In this document: positions 28,373 to 44,300 of the stretch, piece by piece
How positions within the stretch are numbered: position 1 is the first letter of the stretch
Layout: each line of letters begins with the position of its first letter
Assembly: GCA_963703565.1 (NCBI GenBank)
Contig: CAVPEW010000034.1
Coordinates: 2,878 to 66,877 of the forward strand
Direction: 5' to 3'
Source: an uncultured Microthrixaceae bacterium
Lineage (GTDB): Bacteria; Actinomycetota; Acidimicrobiia; Acidimicrobiales; VFJN01
Length of the DNA stretch: 64,000 bases
Notes under the pieces: model-generated
Databases searched by the model: none
What the model was told of the DNA's origin: nothing
What the model saw: the letters and a program-made list of their open reading frames with translations, nothing else
Position numbers and translations under genes: made by a program

Positions 28373-30253
28373 CGGCGGCCGGCTCCGCGCAGCGCGGCGT
28401 GGACGTTGTCGGCCACGGCGTCGGGCAGCCACGACAGCGCTCGCAGGTCTTCGAGGGAGGCTCGCTGCACGGCGCGGACTCCGCCTAGCTCGGCCACGAG
28501 GCGCTTCTTGCGCGTCTCGCCGAGGCCGGTGATGCCGTCGAGCACGCTGGCGGTCATGCGCTTGGCTCGTAGCTGGCGGTGATAGGTGATGGCGAAGCGG
28601 TGGGCTTCGTCGCGGATCCGCTGGAGCAGGTGCAGGGCCTCGGAGCCTCGCGGGAGCACGACCGGGTCGGCCTGACCGGGCAGGTAGACCTCCTCGAAGC
28701 GCTTGGCGAGCGAGGCGGCGGGGATGTCGGCGAGGTCGAGCGACTCGAGCACCCGGGTCGCGACCGAGAGCTGGCCCTTGCCCCCGTCGACGAGCAGGAG
28801 CTGGGGCGGGTAGGCGAAGCGCCCGGGCCGCTCCCCCACCGGCCGGTCCCGTTCGGCGAGGTAGGCGGTGAGGCGGCGGGTGAGGACCTCCTCCATGGCG
28901 GCGAAGTCGTCGTTGCCGGCGACGCCTCTGATCTTGAACCGGCGGTACTCCGAGGGTCGCGGCAGCCCGTCCTCGAGCACCACCATCGAACCCACGTAGT
29001 CGCTGCCCTGCAGGTGGCTCATGTCGTAGCACTCGATGCGCAGCGGGGCTTCGGGCAGCCCCAGCTGGTCGCGCAGGTCGTTGAGCGCGCGGGCTCGGCT
29101 GTTGTGGTCCGCGGCCCGTCGCAGCCGGTGCCGGGAGAAGCTCCTCGACGGCGTTGCGGGTGACGGTGGACTGCAGCTCGCGCTTGTCGCCCCGCTTGGG
29201 CACCCGCAGGTTGACGGGCCCGCCCCGCACGGCGACGAGCCAGTCGTGGTACAGCTCCGGGTCGTCTGGCTCGGCGGGCACCAGGACCTGGCGGGGCACC
29301 CCGAGGGGGGCGTCGTCGTAGAGGGCTTCGAGTACGTCGCCCACCAGCTCGCCCGGGGTGAGGTCCTCGACCTTGTCGACGATGAACCCCTTGCGGCCCA
29401 CTACCCTGCCTCGCCGCACGTAGAAGACCTGCACGGCGGCCTCGAGCTCGTCGTCGGCGACGCCGATCACGTCGAGGTCCTCGCTGCTGGCGGCCACGAT
29501 CTGCTGCTTCTCCACCGCCTTGCGCACGCTGGCCAGCCGGTCGCGCAGGCGGGCCGCCCGCTCGAAGTCGAGCCCACCCGCGGCGGAGCGCATGTCGGCC
29601 TCGAGGCGTGCGAGCACCGGTTCGGTGTCGCCGTCGAGGAACTCGACCAGGTCGCGCACCAGCGCCTCGTAAGTCTCGTGGTCGACCTCGCCCACGCAGG
29701 GCCCGGAGCACTTCTCGATGTGGAACAGCAGGCATGGGCGGCCGAGGCGCTCGTGGCGCACGAACTTGGCGTCCGAGCAGGTGCGCAGCGGGAACGTGCG
29801 AAGCAGCAGGTCGAGGGTCTCGCGGATGGCGTAGGCGTGCCCGTAGGGCCCGAAGTAGCGAACGCCCTTGTGCTTGGCGCCGCGCATCACCGTCGGTCGC
29901 GGCCAGTCGTCGGACACGGTCACGGCGAGGAACGGGTAGCTCTTGTCGTCACGCAGGCGCACGTTGAAGCGCGGGTCGTGCGCCTTGATCAGGCTGTACT
30001 CGAGCATGAGCGCCTCGACCTCGTTGCGGACCTGGATCCACTCGACGGTCTCGGCGGCGCCGACCATCTGCGCGGTGCGGGGCGCGAGGTTGGCGGGGTT
30101 CTGGAAGTAGTTGGACAGGCGCTGGCGCAGCGAGCGGGCCTTGCCGACGTAGATCACGCGCCCGTCGCGGTCCTTGAACTGGTACGAGCCCGGGGCGTCG
30201 GGGATCGTGCCGGAGGGAGGTCGCTGCACCACGGACCCGAGGATACGGACCAC
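28369..30253 (-). CDS. uvrC: Excinuclease ABC subunit C; apparent +1 frameshift near 29140
   Basis: The GIY-YIG N-terminus reads ..PGSYQFKDRDGRVIYVGKARSLRQRLSNYF... The C-terminal half is in track ORF 28369..29022 (..ECYDMSHLQGSDYVGSMVV...RIRDEAHRFAITYHR...HhH). GAG GAG [C]TT CTC C restores ..EEFSRHRLRRAADHNSRARAL... Confidence 0.88.
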
Positions 30254-30283
30254 CGCCGGGGCGACGGACCCGTGGGTCGGGGC

Positions 30284-30673
30284 TCAGCGCGCCACGATGG
30301 GCACCCCGATCCAGCGCTCCAGGGCGGCGCGCAGCTCGTCCTCGCGCAGTGGCTTGGTGAGGTAGTCGGTGAGCCCGGCCTCGAGGGCGATCTCCCGGTC
30401 GCCGTCCATGGCCCGGGCGCTCAGCCCGATGACGGGCACGTGGGGATGTCCGTCGGCGAGCTCGTTGGCTCGGATCTCGGCGGTGGCCCGGTAGCCGTCC
30501 ATGTCGGGCATCATGATGTCCATCAGCACCGCGTCGTAGGCGTTGTTGCGGCAGGCCTCGACCGCAGCCAGCCCGCCGTCGACGATGTCGGCCTCGTAGC
30601 CGAGCTTGCGCAGGGTGCCGGCGACGACGACCTGGTTCAGCTTGTAGTCCTCCACGACCAGGACTCGATGCAT
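30284..30673 (-). CDS. Single-domain response regulator (receiver only)
   Basis: 129 aa with canonical receiver residues: VLVVEDYK, AVLMDIMMPDMDG, VIGLSA, YLTKP. Confidence 0.85.
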   Translation of the reverse strand: MHRVLVVEDYKLNQVVVAGTLRKLGYEADIVDGGLAAVEACRNNAYDAVLMDIMMPDMDGYRATAEIRANELADGHPHVPVIGLSARAMDGDREIALEAGLTDYLTKPLREDELRAALERWIGVPIVAR

Positions 30674-30703
30674 GCTTGGGGTTCCTCTCCGGGTTGAGGG
30701 TGG

Positions 30704-33121
<2,418 letters not shown>

Positions 33122-33215
33122 CAAGGTTCCGGGGACGACATCCCCGCGGGAGAGGCGACCGGGCTGTCCCCGCCGTCCACCAACCGGAGCCCCACCTGTG
33201 GAGGGACCCGACAGC

Positions 33216-34353
33216 ATGCTCCGGCTCCAGAGACCCATCGACGACGACTACCTCGCCGCCCCACCCGACGAGCTGAACGAGCGCATCGCTTCCGCCAAGG
33301 CCGCGCTGGGCCAGCGCGTCTTCGTGCTCGGTCACCACTATCGAGCGCGACGAGGTGATCCGCTGGGCCGACGCTCGCGGCGACAGCTACCGCCTGTCGT
33401 TGCTGGCCCAGCAGCACTTAGAAGCCGACTTCATCGTGTTCTGCGGTGTGCACTTCATGGCCGAGTCGGCCGACATCCTCACCGGCGACCACCAGCGGGT
33501 GATCCTGCCCGACCTCAACGCCGGATGCTCGATGGCCGACATGGCCGACATCGACCAGGTCGAGGAGGCGTGGGAGGCCATCGGCGCGGTGACCGACGTG
33601 AGCCGCGTGGTGCCGATCACGTACATGAACTCCTCGGCGGCGCTGAAGGCGTTCGTGGGCCGCAACGGCGGGGCGGTGTGCACGTCGACCAACGCCCGGG
33701 CCGTGCTCGAATGGGCCCTCGGCCAGGGACGGCGGGCCGGCAAGGAGTCACAGGGAGCCGCGGGTTCCGGCGACAAGGTGTTGTTCTTCCCCGACCAGCA
33801 CCTCGGGCGCAACACCGGCCTGGCGATGGGCTACGAGCTCGACGACATGCGGGTGTGGAACCCCCGCTTCGAGCAGGGGGGCCTCGACGACAAGGAGATC
33901 AAGGAGTCGACCCTGCTGCTGTGGAAGGGCCACTGCTCCGTGCACCAGCGCTTCCGGCCCGAGCACGTCGAGGCGTTCCGGGCCGAGCATCCCGGCGGGA
34001 TCGTCGTCATGCACCCCGAGTGCAGCTACGAGGTGTGCCAGATGGCCGACGCGGTGGGCTCCACCGACTTCATCATCCGCACCGTGCACGAGGCGCCCAC
34101 CGGCTCGGTGATCGGCGTCGGCACCGAGATCCACCTGGTGAACCGGCTCAACGACGAGACTGCCGACAAGACCGTCGTCTCCCTCGACCCGCTGGTGTGC
34201 CCGTGCTCGACGATGTTCCGGATCGACGCCGCGCACCTGTGCTGGGTGCTGGAGAACCTGGTCGAGGGCACGGTGGTGAACCAGATCAGCGTCGACCCCG
34301 AGACGACCGAGTGGGCACGGGTCGCGCTGCAGCGGATGCTGGAGATCGTTTGA
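33216..34353 (+). CDS. nadA: Quinolinate synthase NadA; apparent +1 frameshift at ~33343
   Basis: ATG at 33216 ([42 protein letters not shown]). It continues in track ORF 33355..34353 (..[17 protein letters not shown]...[10 protein letters not shown]...HPECS...). TAT C[G]A GCG CGA C restores ..[13 protein letters not shown]... Confidence 0.85.
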
Positions 34354-34384
34354 ACGCGGTCACCCTCGGCGCAGGAGGCCGGCT

Positions 34385-35083
34385 CTGACCGGCGGCCGTG
34401 GAGCGGCGCGCCTCTCGCCACGGCTCGGCGACCACGGCTACCACCAGCTTCGCCAACTCGCCCGCGCCCTGCGGGCGGAGGCAGCCGCGCTCCCAGCCGA
34501 CTCGCTGATTCTCGACCTCGGATGTGGCGGCAAGCCGTATCGCGGCCTCTTTGCCGGAAGGTACCTGGGCCTGGATCTCACCGTGGAGGGCGGGAGCACA
34601 CCCGACCTACTGGCGGTCGCGGAAGCCCTGCCCATCGCTTCGTCGAGCATCGACGTCGTGATGAGCACACAGCAGCTGGAGCACGTCACCGATCCCGGGG
34701 AGGTGCTGACGGAGGCCCGGCGGATCCTCGTGCCAGGCCGGGGGACACTCCTGCTGTCCACTCACGGCGTCTGGGTCCATCATCCCGACCCGCTCGACCT
34801 GTGGCGCTGGACCGAGCAGGGCCTGGTGCGGCTCATCGAGCAGCACGGGTTCCGGGTGGCGCGGGTCCATCGCCAGGGTGACGTTGTCACCTCGGCGTTC
34901 GCGCTCATCGCGGCGCCGTTCGCTCGGGCCACTCGCCACCGCAATCCGCTCCTGCGACTCCCTGCCAGGGCGCTGGTCGCGTTACTTAACCTCTTCGGCT
35001 ACGCCGGCGACGCGATCGCTCGCCGCGTGCTGCCCCGTCACTACGCCAGCATGACCTACCTCGTCGTCGCCACTCCCACGTGA
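34385..35083 (+). CDS. Class I SAM-dependent methyltransferase (start unresolved)
   Basis: The track ORF starts at 34583. However, SAM motif I (SLILDLGCGGKPYRGLF) is encoded in the same frame upstream, at ~34500-34550. That frame has no ATG, GTG or TTG upstream of the motif, only CTG at 34385. The C-terminal part reads ..VVMSTQQLEHVTDP...LVPGRGTLLLSTH... Confidence 0.6.
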   Translation: MTGGRGAARLSPRLGDHGYHQLRQLARALRAEAAALPADSLILDLGCGGKPYRGLFAGRYLGLDLTVEGGSTPDLLAVAEALPIASSSIDVVMSTQQLEHVTDPGEVLTEARRILVPGRGTLLLSTHGVWVHHPDPLDLWRWTEQGLVRLIEQHGFRVARVHRQGDVVTSAFALIAAPFARATRHRNPLLRLPARALVALLNLFGYAGDAIARRVLPRHYASMTYLVVATPT

Positions 35084-36345
35084 GTGCATCGTCGGCCTCT
35101 GCTCGACCGGCCGTCGTCATCCTCGGCACGGTGTTGCTCAACGGTGGCGACGCCGCTCTGCTCGCCGCGCAGCGCGCCATCATCGAGCAGGCGCTCGGCC
35201 CCCACGACCTGACCGTGTTCGACTACCAGGCAGCACGATCGGCCTTGCGCTACCCGGAGCTTGTGATCCGCCAGAGCTTCGTCTCGGCTCATGGCGACAC
35301 GCGGCGACTGCGCCTCGTCGCGCTCGGCGTTCGCGTCCTGCGCGTGGTTGCCGGCGCGCTCGCCATGCGCCTCGGTGCCCGCCAAATCGGAATGCGGGTC
35401 GCCGGTCGTCACGGCGCCGACCTGGCCATCTACGCCAGGGCCGACCTGGTAATGACGTGCGGTGGCACATTCCTGGTGCCCCACTACCGGCCGTACGCGC
35501 GCTTCGCCGACCACCTCGTCGTCTACCTCTTGCGTCGCCCGCTCGTGTTCTTCACACAAGGCTTCGAGCCGGCGCGGAGCCGCCTTGATCGTCGGCTCTA
35601 CCGAGCGGTCCTTTCGCGCGCAGCTCTCGTGCTCGCCCGCGGCGAGGCCTCCGGGAACGTCGCTCAAATGCTCGGCGCCCGCATCGTCGAAGTGGCACCT
35701 GACGCCGCGTTCGCGCTCACGTGCCTGACGACCCCCGCCCCGGTCCTCCCACCACGCCTCGTGGCGGTGTCGGTGCGCGACTGGCCGTGGGTGCGCGGCG
35801 GCAGAGCGACCTCAATCGCCTACGAGGCAGCGGTCGCTGCGCTCGTCGAGCATGTCGTCGCGGCCGGCAGCGCGGTGCTGTTCATCTCGACCTGCCAGGG
35901 CGAGCCCGACTACCCCTTCGATGACGCCGCTACCGCCCATCGTGTGGCAGCGCGCCTCACACCGGGGGCGCGGTCCCGCGTTGAGGTGGACCAGGCGTTC
36001 CATCGTTGGGACGAAGCTCAGCACCGGTTTGGACAGGCAGACGTAGTCGTGGCGACACGGCTCCACGCCGCAATCCTGGCCATCGGGGCCGGACGGCCGG
36101 TGCTCCCGATCGCCTACGAGCCCAAGACCCACGAGGTATTCGATTCCCTCGACCTGGGCTGGCTGGTCCTCGACATGGACTCGCTGGACGGCGAAACCCT
36201 CATCGCCAAGTTCGAACGATTCCTGTCCGCTGGCCCGGAAATCACAAGCGCGCTCGTCGAGCGATTGCCGGAGCTACACGACGCAGCACTCGCTCCCGCT
36301 CGATCGCTGCGCGCCATCGTGGCGGCCGCGCGGGATGCCACCTAG
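35080..36345 (+). CDS. Polysaccharide pyruvyl transferase family protein
   Basis: 421 aa. Contains ..LGTVLLNGGDAALL.. and ..DVVVATRLHAAILAIGAGRPVLPIAYEPKTHEVF.., typical of the PS_pyruv_trans (CsaB/WcaK-like) family. The GTG start overlaps the upstream stop. Confidence 0.75.
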   Translation: MSASSASARPAVVILGTVLLNGGDAALLAAQRAIIEQALGPHDLTVFDYQAARSALRYPELVIRQSFVSAHGDTRRLRLVALGVRVLRVVAGALAMRLGARQIGMRVAGRHGADLAIYARADLVMTCGGTFLVPHYRPYARFADHLVVYLLRRPLVFFTQGFEPARSRLDRRLYRAVLSRAALVLARGEASGNVAQMLGARIVEVAPDAAFALTCLTTPAPVLPPRLVAVSVRDWPWVRGGRATSIAYEAAVAALVEHVVAAGSAVLFISTCQGEPDYPFDDAATAHRVAARLTPGARSRVEVDQAFHRWDEAQHRFGQADVVVATRLHAAILAIGAGRPVLPIAYEPKTHEVFDSLDLGWLVLDMDSLDGETLIAKFERFLSAGPEITSALVERLPELHDAALAPARSLRAIVAAARDAT

Positions 36346-37494
36346 GTCGTCAAGCAGCGCGCCAGGGCCTCCGTGGCCTCCTCAACCACCCAGCCTCCCG
36401 TGTGAATCGTGTGTACTGCTGCTGCGCTGAACTCGGCGCGCGCTTCCGGCGAGCGGATCGCCTCGACAGCTCGAGCCAGGGCCAGCGGGTCGCCTACCGG
36501 CACCAGCACCCCACCCGCCACCAGCAGCTCCGGAATGGCCCCGACCGGCGTGGTGACCACAGGAACCCCGAGCGCCATCGCCTCCATGAGCGCGACTGGA
36601 ATGCCGTCTCTGTCGCCCTCGGCCGTCTCGATGCATGCCAGCGCCGATACCCACGCTTGAGCCAGATGTCGACGGACCTCCTCCTCACCCAGTGGCCCGA
36701 GCAGCACAACGCGGTCCGCAAGGCCCACGCGCTCGACCAGCGCGTTGCAGCTCCTCGCGCAGCGGCCCCGTCCCGATGATCTCCAACCGCCATGAGGCAT
36801 CAAGGTGCGCCATTGCCTCGATGAGCACGGCGTGGCCCTTCTTCGGAACCAGAGAGCCCACCGAGACGATGTGGTGGAGCTCGGGCGTTGGCTGCACATC
36901 GCTGAACCAACGCCGCGGAACCCCCATCCGGAGGACCTCCGCCCTGATCTGCCATCGGCGGGCCAGCAACTCCTGGTCTCGCTGGGAGATCGACCAAACC
37001 CTGTCCGCGGCACGCAACGGTACCGGTGTGAAGTCGTCGACGAGCCGGTCCGTGTGCAGCTCGAACGCGTGGAGCACGATGGAGCTACGGACGGCCGCAT
37101 GGTGGCTGGCGGCCCATGCCGCAGCGCCGGCTACCCAGCCGAAGTGGGCGTGGAGGGTTGGATGCTGCACTGCCCCTCGGCCGCTCCACGCGAGCCCGAC
37201 CACCACGGCCGCCAAGAGTGCAGGCTTGTTGTGCCAGGCGGCGTGTCGAAGCACTGCTGCGATGACCTCGCATGAGGCGCGGGGACGCTGGACCACGGCA
37301 GCGGCCAGCCCCGCCAGCACTGCAGCCGCGCTGAGGTGCACCACCGGGACGCCGATGTTGGTTGGCACCGGTCGCTTCAGGCTGAGGACATCGACCACGA
37401 AACCTTGAGCGAGGAGCGCCTGGGCCTCCCGCCGCACGAAGGTCTGCGTCGGCTCTCCCCAACGGCTCACCACGTAGGTCACCTCGCGCGTCAC
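36342..37494 (-). CDS. Glycosyltransferase family 4/1 (WcaL-like); apparent +1 frameshift near 36741
   Basis: The N-terminal half is in track ORF 36685..37791, from GTG 37494 (VTREVTYVVSRWGEPTQTFVRREAQALLAQGF...IVSVGSLVPKKGH...). The C-terminal half is in ORF 36342..37100 (..ETAEGDRDGIPVALMEAMALGVPVVTTPVGAIPELL.., the E-x7-E region). CAA CGC [G]CT GGT C restores ..ELQRLVERVGLADRVVLLG... Confidence 0.8.
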
Positions 37495-38759
37495 CGGCCC
37501 ACGACCGCCAGCCCTGCCAGCAGGACGACAGCCGCACCGCAGGCAGCCGGTCGTAGAAAGGTCGGTGCGTGCAGGCCTGAGGCCCTGGCGGCACGGCCGA
37601 GGAGCCACACCGTCATGACGATCATGGCCCCTGTGCCGGCAGCGGTGAGGCCTGCAAGACCGTCGACCCAGGCGCCCACGGCGAGTGCCGCCCCGAGCCC
37701 GAGCAGCCGGACCGGGAACGCGCGAACGAGAACGTTGGCGGCGCCGGCGACCACGAGCAGCGACCCGGCCTGGCCGACCGCCATGCGCCACGGGACACCG
37801 ATGACGAGCAGGAGCACCGTCGCCGGGAGGTCGTCGTACGCGCTGCCCAGGAGCTGGGCGATGAGCGGCCCTAGGCCAGCCAGCGCAACGGCGGCGAGGC
37901 AGCCGACGCCGAAGAGCCCGCGGACATGGCTGGTGAAGACCGCTTCGCGTCTCCCGAGAACGTCGGCGCGGGCGTAGTCGACCATCGCAGTCCGACTGAA
38001 GACGTTCGCGACAAGGGTCACCGGCACCTGCGCGAGGCGGAAGGCCACGAGGTAGACGACGTAGTCCTCAGCGCCAAGGAGCGCTGCGGCGACAGCGAAG
38101 TCCACGTTGGCCAGGATGAACGCCGCTGCCTGGGAGAGAACGATCAGCATTGTGCCACGACGGGCTGCGGCGTCAGCGGCGAAGGCGGTTCTCCAGCCGC
38201 GGGCGGCCAACGCCTCAGCCAACTGCTTTGCCGCGAGGGCGGCGCCGAGCAGAGCAACGCCGCTTCCAGGTCGCACGCCGGCGACGGCGACCAGGAAGGC
38301 GGTGGCACCGACGATCTGGCCTAGCACTACCGAGCCATTACGCCCGGCCCGTATGGCGCCTGCCCCCCGCACGTAACCCTCACCCGCTAGAGCCCACACG
38401 ACGCCACCGCCCGCCACCAGCCAGCCCTGGTCGCCGTGGATGAGGGCTCCGATAGCGAGCGCCGCCAATAGCACGAGGCTGTTCGTGAGCCGCACGCGAC
38501 GCAGTGCAGCAGCCGGCAACCGTTCGCCTGGTGGCAGAGCCAGCACCTGGTACCCGAGGCCGTAGTCAGCCAGCGTCACCGCCAGGCTGTTGACGATCAG
38601 GAGAATGGAGGCGAGCGCGAACTCGTGGACGGGCAACCAGCGGGCCAAGAGGAGGGTCGAGAGACCTAGCGCGCCCTGGTCGACCACCCGGCCCCCGATG
38701 AGGAGGAGGTTGCCGCCAGGACGGGCAGGGCGCGCCACCCGCTCCCCGAGCGACGTCAT
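37491..38759 (-). CDS. Polysaccharide biosynthesis / oligosaccharide flippase (Wzx-like, MOP superfamily)
   Basis: Taken from ATG 38759 (MTSLGERVARP...). About 12 hydrophobic segments and Ala/Leu/Gly-rich composition. It is coupled by 4-nt overlaps to both neighbouring genes. The family call rests on topology and context only. Confidence 0.6.
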   Translation of the reverse strand: MTSLGERVARPARPGGNLLLIGGRVVDQGALGLSTLLLARWLPVHEFALASILLIVNSLAVTLADYGLGYQVLALPPGERLPAAALRRVRLTNSLVLLAALAIGALIHGDQGWLVAGGGVVWALAGEGYVRGAGAIRAGRNGSVVLGQIVGATAFLVAVAGVRPGSGVALLGAALAAKQLAEALAARGWRTAFAADAAARRGTMLIVLSQAAAFILANVDFAVAAALLGAEDYVVYLVAFRLAQVPVTLVANVFSRTAMVDYARADVLGRREAVFTSHVRGLFGVGCLAAVALAGLGPLIAQLLGSAYDDLPATVLLLVIGVPWRMAVGQAGSLLVVAGAANVLVRAFPVRLLGLGAALAVGAWVDGLAGLTAAGTGAMIVMTVWLLGRAARASGLHAPTFLRPAACGAAVVLLAGLAVVGR

Positions 38760-39775
38760 CCTCGCCCGACGCCGGGAGGCTGCGAGATCAGCTGCCGGAC
38801 CACTCCGAACCACCAGCCCCCGGCCACGATCGCTATCGCGAGCACACCCGCCGCGTCCGCCGCGACACCACCGCGGGGTTCCTCGGCGCCGGCGGTCTCG
38901 ATCACGGCCGCTCCCGCCATTGCGGCAGCGAGCAACCCCGCAGCGGTGCGTCGTGGCGCGGCCGACCGGGCAATGGCGCTTCCAGCGAGGAGGCCGGCAA
39001 GAGGCGGCCCAGTGAGCATGGCCCACTGGCGAGGCTCCGGGGTGCGACCGGCACGACGCCAGAACTCGACCTTGGCCCGGCCGAAGCGATGGAACTGGCG
39101 CCAAAGGGCACCGAACGTTGACCGGGGCAGGTACCCCGAGCGCAGGCTGGCGTCGAACCACACGAGGCCGTGCTGGGCCATGCGCCGGTTCAGTTCAAAG
39201 TCCTGGTTAGTGGGGAAGCGGAGGTCCCAGCCCTGCTCCCGCCACAGGTCAGCCGTGCGGAATGCGCCTAGATAGACCGTATCGGATGTGCCGCTGCGCG
39301 TTGCCAGCCGGTAGGGCGAACCGCCCATCGACCACCGGTTGTTGAGGGCGCGGGCGATCCCTATCGACCGGGCGGTGGGGTCACGAGCTAGGGCCACCTG
39401 CGCCCCACCGACCACGGAGACCTCAGGCCTGCTGGCTAGCACCTCCACGCAGGTGCGCACGTAGTGCGGCTCTATCCGAGTCCGGGCATCCACGCGGCAG
39501 AGGATCTCTCCTGTGGCGAGTGCGAGCCCATGGTTCAGGTTGCTCGGAGTCGAACCCTCAGGATTGACAAGTACCGCCGCCGAGCCGAAGCCGAAGCGCT
39601 CGATGGCGCGCCGGGCGATGTCCGCGGTCCCGTCTTTCGAGGCGCCGTCAACGACTATCACCTCGAGCCGATTGACCGGATAATCCTGCGCGGCCACGGC
39701 GCCGAGACACGCTTCGATGTCAGCGGCCTCGTTGCGAGCCGGGATGAGCACGGTGACAAGCGGAAGCGACGTCAC
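38756..39775 (-). CDS. Glycosyltransferase family 2
   Basis: GTG at 39775. The translation VTSLPLVTVLIPARNEAADIEACLGAVAAQDYPVNRLEVIVVDGASKDGTADIARR... is a GT2 N-domain, with C-terminal TM segments. The track ORF 38756..40312 is over-extended. Confidence 0.82.
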   Translation of the reverse strand: MTSLPLVTVLIPARNEAADIEACLGAVAAQDYPVNRLEVIVVDGASKDGTADIARRAIERFGFGSAAVLVNPEGSTPSNLNHGLALATGEILCRVDARTRIEPHYVRTCVEVLASRPEVSVVGGAQVALARDPTARSIGIARALNNRWSMGGSPYRLATRSGTSDTVYLGAFRTADLWREQGWDLRFPTNQDFELNRRMAQHGLVWFDASLRSGYLPRSTFGALWRQFHRFGRAKVEFWRRAGRTPEPRQWAMLTGPPLAGLLAGSAIARSAAPRRTAAGLLAAAMAGAAVIETAGAEEPRGGVAADAAGVLAIAIVAGGWWFGVVRQLISQPPGVGRG

Positions 39776-41106
39776 CGACCGCGCCCCTCGCTGCCCAGGA
39801 CGGACCGGAGCGTACGCCCGACGATCTTGGCGTCTGTGCCGAGGCTCTGGTGGCGGAGGTACCAGAACTCGTACTGGAGCTTCTCGAGGGCGTCGCTCTC
39901 GCTGCCGGCGTACCCGTACTTCACCTGCGCCCAGCCGGTGAGGCCGGGGCGGACCAGGTGGCGCAGCGGGTAGAACGGCAGCTTCTCGGTCAGCTCCTCC
40001 ACGTAGTACGGCTGCTCGGGCCGGGGGCCCACCACGCTGAGATCGCCCTTCAGGATGTTCAGCACCTGCGGCAGCTCGTCGAGGTGGGTGACCCGCAGGA
40101 TGCGGCCGAAGCGCGTGATGCGGGGATCGTCCTCCGCGGTCCACTCGTTCACCAGGTCGGCGGACCCCCGCGGGGTCATCGTGCGGAACTTGACGATGGA
40201 GAAGGGCGTGCCGCCCTTGCCGACCCGGTCCTGCCGGTAGAAGAGCGGTCCACGGTTCGCGAGCAGGTTTCCCGCCCAGACGAACGGGAGCGCGACGGCC
40301 AGCACGAGGCACCCGGCCAGGGCCATCGGCACGTCGCCGATCCGCTTGGCCCGCCCGAAGCCGGCCCGGTGGACCTCACCGATGTCGAAGAGCAGCGAGG
40401 CCCGCTCTAGCTCCGAGATCGGCAGCTTGCCCAGCCACTCCTCGTAGAACAGCGTCATCGAGCGGACGCGCACGCCCCGCTCGTGCAGGGCCGCCACCTG
40501 GGCGACGATCGAGGCGTCGTCCTGGGCTTCGCGGTCGAGCACCACGACCGTGGGCGCTGCGTCCAAGCGGTCCTCGATCGGGTGCTGCCCATCCCGACCG
40601 GAGGTCGAGGCCTCGGCCACCGAGAGCGAAGCCACGATCGAGGCCGGGCGCTCCGGCGAGCCGTGCAGCTCCAGCGCGAGGGCGGCCACCTCGTCGGGCT
40701 GCGCGATGACGACCACCCGGTCCCGCGCCTCGGCCCGAGAGCGGCCGCCGACGGCCATCCCCACACAGATCCGGTACCAGTCGGGCAGCAGCAGCGCCGA
40801 GCCGAACACCACGAAGCGTGGGAGCAGGGCATCGCCGACGAACAGCTGGATCAGCGAGATGGCCGCGGCGCCCAGGAAGGCCGCCCCCACCGACGAGCCC
40901 AGCGCCGCCTTCCGGGACCGGGGCACGTCCGGCAGGCCGAAGCCGTAGGCGACGACGCAGAGGATGCCGACGTACGCGATCGTCCAGCCGAAGCGGCTCG
41001 TGCCGGTGAAGGAGTAGTCGTGGAGGATCTGGGCGTGGACGAGGGCCAGGCCGAACACGACGACGAGGGCCCCCAGGTAGAGCAGGGGCCGGGCGGCGCG
41101 CCTCAT
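39772..41106 (-). CDS. Polyprenyl-phosphate sugar phosphotransferase (WbaP/EpsB-like priming enzyme)
   Basis: 444 aa with N-terminal TM segments. The C-terminal domain ..GPLFYRQDRVGKGGTPFSIVKFRTM...DPRITRFGRILRVTHLDELPQVLNILKGDLSVVGPRP... is the bacterial sugar transferase signature. Confidence 0.88.
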   Translation of the reverse strand: MRRAARPLLYLGALVVVFGLALVHAQILHDYSFTGTSRFGWTIAYVGILCVVAYGFGLPDVPRSRKAALGSSVGAAFLGAAAISLIQLFVGDALLPRFVVFGSALLLPDWYRICVGMAVGGRSRAEARDRVVVIAQPDEVAALALELHGSPERPASIVASLSVAEASTSGRDGQHPIEDRLDAAPTVVVLDREAQDDASIVAQVAALHERGVRVRSMTLFYEEWLGKLPISELERASLLFDIGEVHRAGFGRAKRIGDVPMALAGCLVLAVALPFVWAGNLLANRGPLFYRQDRVGKGGTPFSIVKFRTMTPRGSADLVNEWTAEDDPRITRFGRILRVTHLDELPQVLNILKGDLSVVGPRPEQPYYVEELTEKLPFYPLRHLVRPGLTGWAQVKYGYAGSESDALEKLQYEFWYLRHQSLGTDAKIVGRTLRSVLGSEGRGR

Positions 41107-41246
41107 CCGACGGTGGCCGGTCGCATCGGGTCAAGCATCGGCGGTGCGACTGGTCGACTCAAGGACCTTCACAGGTCGACGATCCGCAGCATCACCGGAC
41201 AGCACCAGGACGGACGTGCCGACGTGCAAGGGCGGCGCACGACCAC

Positions 41247-44216
<2,970 letters not shown>

Positions 44217-44300
44217 CGGACCAGGCTATCGCCTACCCCACCGGTGCGAACGGACGTTCGATCGCTCCGGGCACCGCCCGAGCGCGTCCACCGCCCGGCT

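Noticed and set aside
27623-30253. 876-aa ORF apparently fusing UvrC to a methyltransferase
   Set aside because: The middle ~350 residues are Arg/Pro-rich off-frame translation. The true UvrC C-terminal half is in another frame (28369..29022 and upstream) and ends at 28369. The methyltransferase is a separate gene.
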